A stretch of 64,000 nt of DNA from Octopus bimaculoides (Eukaryota). The stretch covers positions 29,526,248 through 29,590,247 of the forward strand of contig NC_068984.1 of NCBI RefSeq assembly GCF_001194135.2, written 5' to 3'. The position numbers and the translations under genes are program-made. Below the pieces are notes generated by a model. The model saw only the letters and a list, made by a program, of their open reading frames with translations. It was not told the DNA's origin and ran no database searches. Shown in pieces: positions 62,385 through 64,000 of this stretch (position 1 is its first letter; the number at the start of each line of letters is the position of its first letter).

Positions 62385-62590
62385 GACTTACGGCAACAAG
62401 TGTTATAGCTGATTCGATCAACGGAAGAGACGTCTGCTGAAATTAACGTGAAGTGGTTGAGCACTCTGCCGACACGCGCATCTTTAACATAGTTCTCGGA
62501 GAGATTCAGCATGGCACAGAGTATGACAAATCTGGTCCTTTGAATTACATGTACAGCTTATTTTTGCAACCTGAGTGGACGGCAGTCAAT
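62385..62590 (-). mobile_element. Diverged SINE body, probably related to family C
   Basis: GC-richer non-coding island; minus-strand gtccactcaggttgcaaaaat resembles the post-core gttccctcagctgtagaaat of 40915-41240. The rest rests on recalled similarity only. Confidence 0.45.
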
Positions 62591-63564
62591 TTCTTTGTCT
62601 ATTTAGCTATATTACCACAAATTTCAGAGTATGTACCTAACGAAAATTGTGTATTTGTTTCCATATTTAATTTTTGTTTGAATTTACAAAAAAAAAAACA
62701 AAAAAAAAAAAAAAAAAANNNNNNNNNNNNNNNNNNNNNNNNNNNNNNNNNNNNNNNNNNNNNNNNNNNNNNNNNNNNNNNNNNNNNNNNNNNNNNNNNN
62801 NNNNNNNNNNCTGTTGTTATTTTTAATGAAGTAGTTTTAAAAAATAGTTACACATGCAATAGAGATACGAAATAAAACGAGAATATTTTAAAAACAACTT
62901 CTTGTTGTTTAAGCCAAGTTCAGTCTCATTCAACAACTCGTTTTCATGGGTGTCACCTTGGAGCAGAATCCAGTGTGCTTTTCCATTTTGAAAGAGTATG
63001 ATTTGAGGGATATGTGACTGCTAATTGTAGTTTGTCAAAGACCAAGTTAAGCGTCGTTGATTAATACGAATTCCAGATTGAATAGAGAAAGAGAGAGGGC
63101 GAAAGAGACAGACAGACAGAGACAGGTACATAGATAAACAGACTGATAGAAAGAGAGAGTGAGAGAGATACATTTCTTTTATTAGCCACACATGGCTCAA
63201 CGAAGATGGGACAAATACAATGTAGAGCTTTTCTTTTGGGGAGGGGGAGGAAAAAAAAAGGGGGGGCGATCAAAAGGGATCNNNNNNNNNNNNNNNNNNN
63301 NNNNNNNNNNNNNNNNNNNNNNNNNNNNNNNNNNNNNNNNNNNNNNNNNNNNNNNNNNNNNNNNNNNNNNNNNNNNNNNNNNNNNNNNNNNNNNNNNNNN
63401 NNNNNNNNNNNNNNNNNNNNNNNNNNNNNNNNNNNNNNNNNNNNNNNNNNNNNNNNNNNNNNNNNNNNNNNNNNNNNNNNNNNNNNNNNNNNNNNNNNNN
63501 NNNNNNNNNNNNNNNNNNNNNNNNNNNNNNNNNNNNNNNNNNNNNNNNNNNNNNNNNTTTTAGT

Positions 63565-64000
63565 TCATAGGGTTATGCTCAAGATGGCTCCGTCGTTCAC
63601 ACGTGCCATCCTTGCTACATTCACCCATCTTTTTTTGAAGCATTCACTAGACAAGACTTCCCTTTCTACTCTCACCTTCCTCTTTAGGTGATACTTGAAG
63701 AAGTTGATGACAGATTGCCCAGATAGGAAAGTCTTTGTCTCTAGACCTTTCAGTCGCGTCCACCATACACATTCTTTCGCCATAGCCACAAGTACGATGA
63801 AAATAGCTCTTCCTTCCCGTTTAAAGGAAGGAGGCGCGACAATATTCACGATAGACTCGGCTGATAGACCGACTCGTCGCACACGCGATAGCAGTTGTTC
63901 GACGTAAGCCCACAGCTCGGAAATGGTGGGACACTGTACGAGTGCGTGCAGAACGGTTTCGTCGCTCTGCCGGCATCTCGGACAGGTCGGCCCCGTGTTT
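63565..64000 (-). mobile_element. L1/Tx1-clade LINE, ORF2 C-terminus (continues beyond the window)
   Basis: Open frame: TGPTCPRCRQSDETVLHALVQCPTISELW (CCHC)...AKECVWWTR...FFKYHLKRKVRVERE...FKKRW...-TGA at 63565. Confidence 0.85.

Overview
AT-rich, gap-ridden eukaryotic genomic DNA with no host gene I can support. The repeat content (three abundant tRNA-derived SINE families, dense TA/CA/TCTA/AAT microsatellites) resembles octopus DNA; this is inference from recalled repeat sequences, not a database result. Almost all recognisable sequence is decayed mobile DNA: several Penelope-like elements (PLEs), a near-full-length R4/Dong-clade LINE inside a 6.6 kb stack of elements separated by (AAT)n tracts, a Gmr1-type Gypsy LTR retrotransposon (gag-PR-INT order, tRNA-Pro PBS), L1/Tx1 and RTE fragments, an ORF1-only zinc-knuckle element, a Tc1/mariner remnant and a hAT MITE with an 8-bp TSD. 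The most interesting signal is RNA-structural. Hammerhead-ribozyme (HHR)-like motifs recur: one near-intact type I HHR downstream of a PLE ORF (44490-44556, minus strand), several long-loop-II variants ending in GAAAC-AGCT-G, and a highly structured ~315-bp tandem repeat with an HHR between its units (57952-58497) that looks like a retrozyme. Most ORFs in the supplied track are microsatellite or N-gap artefacts.
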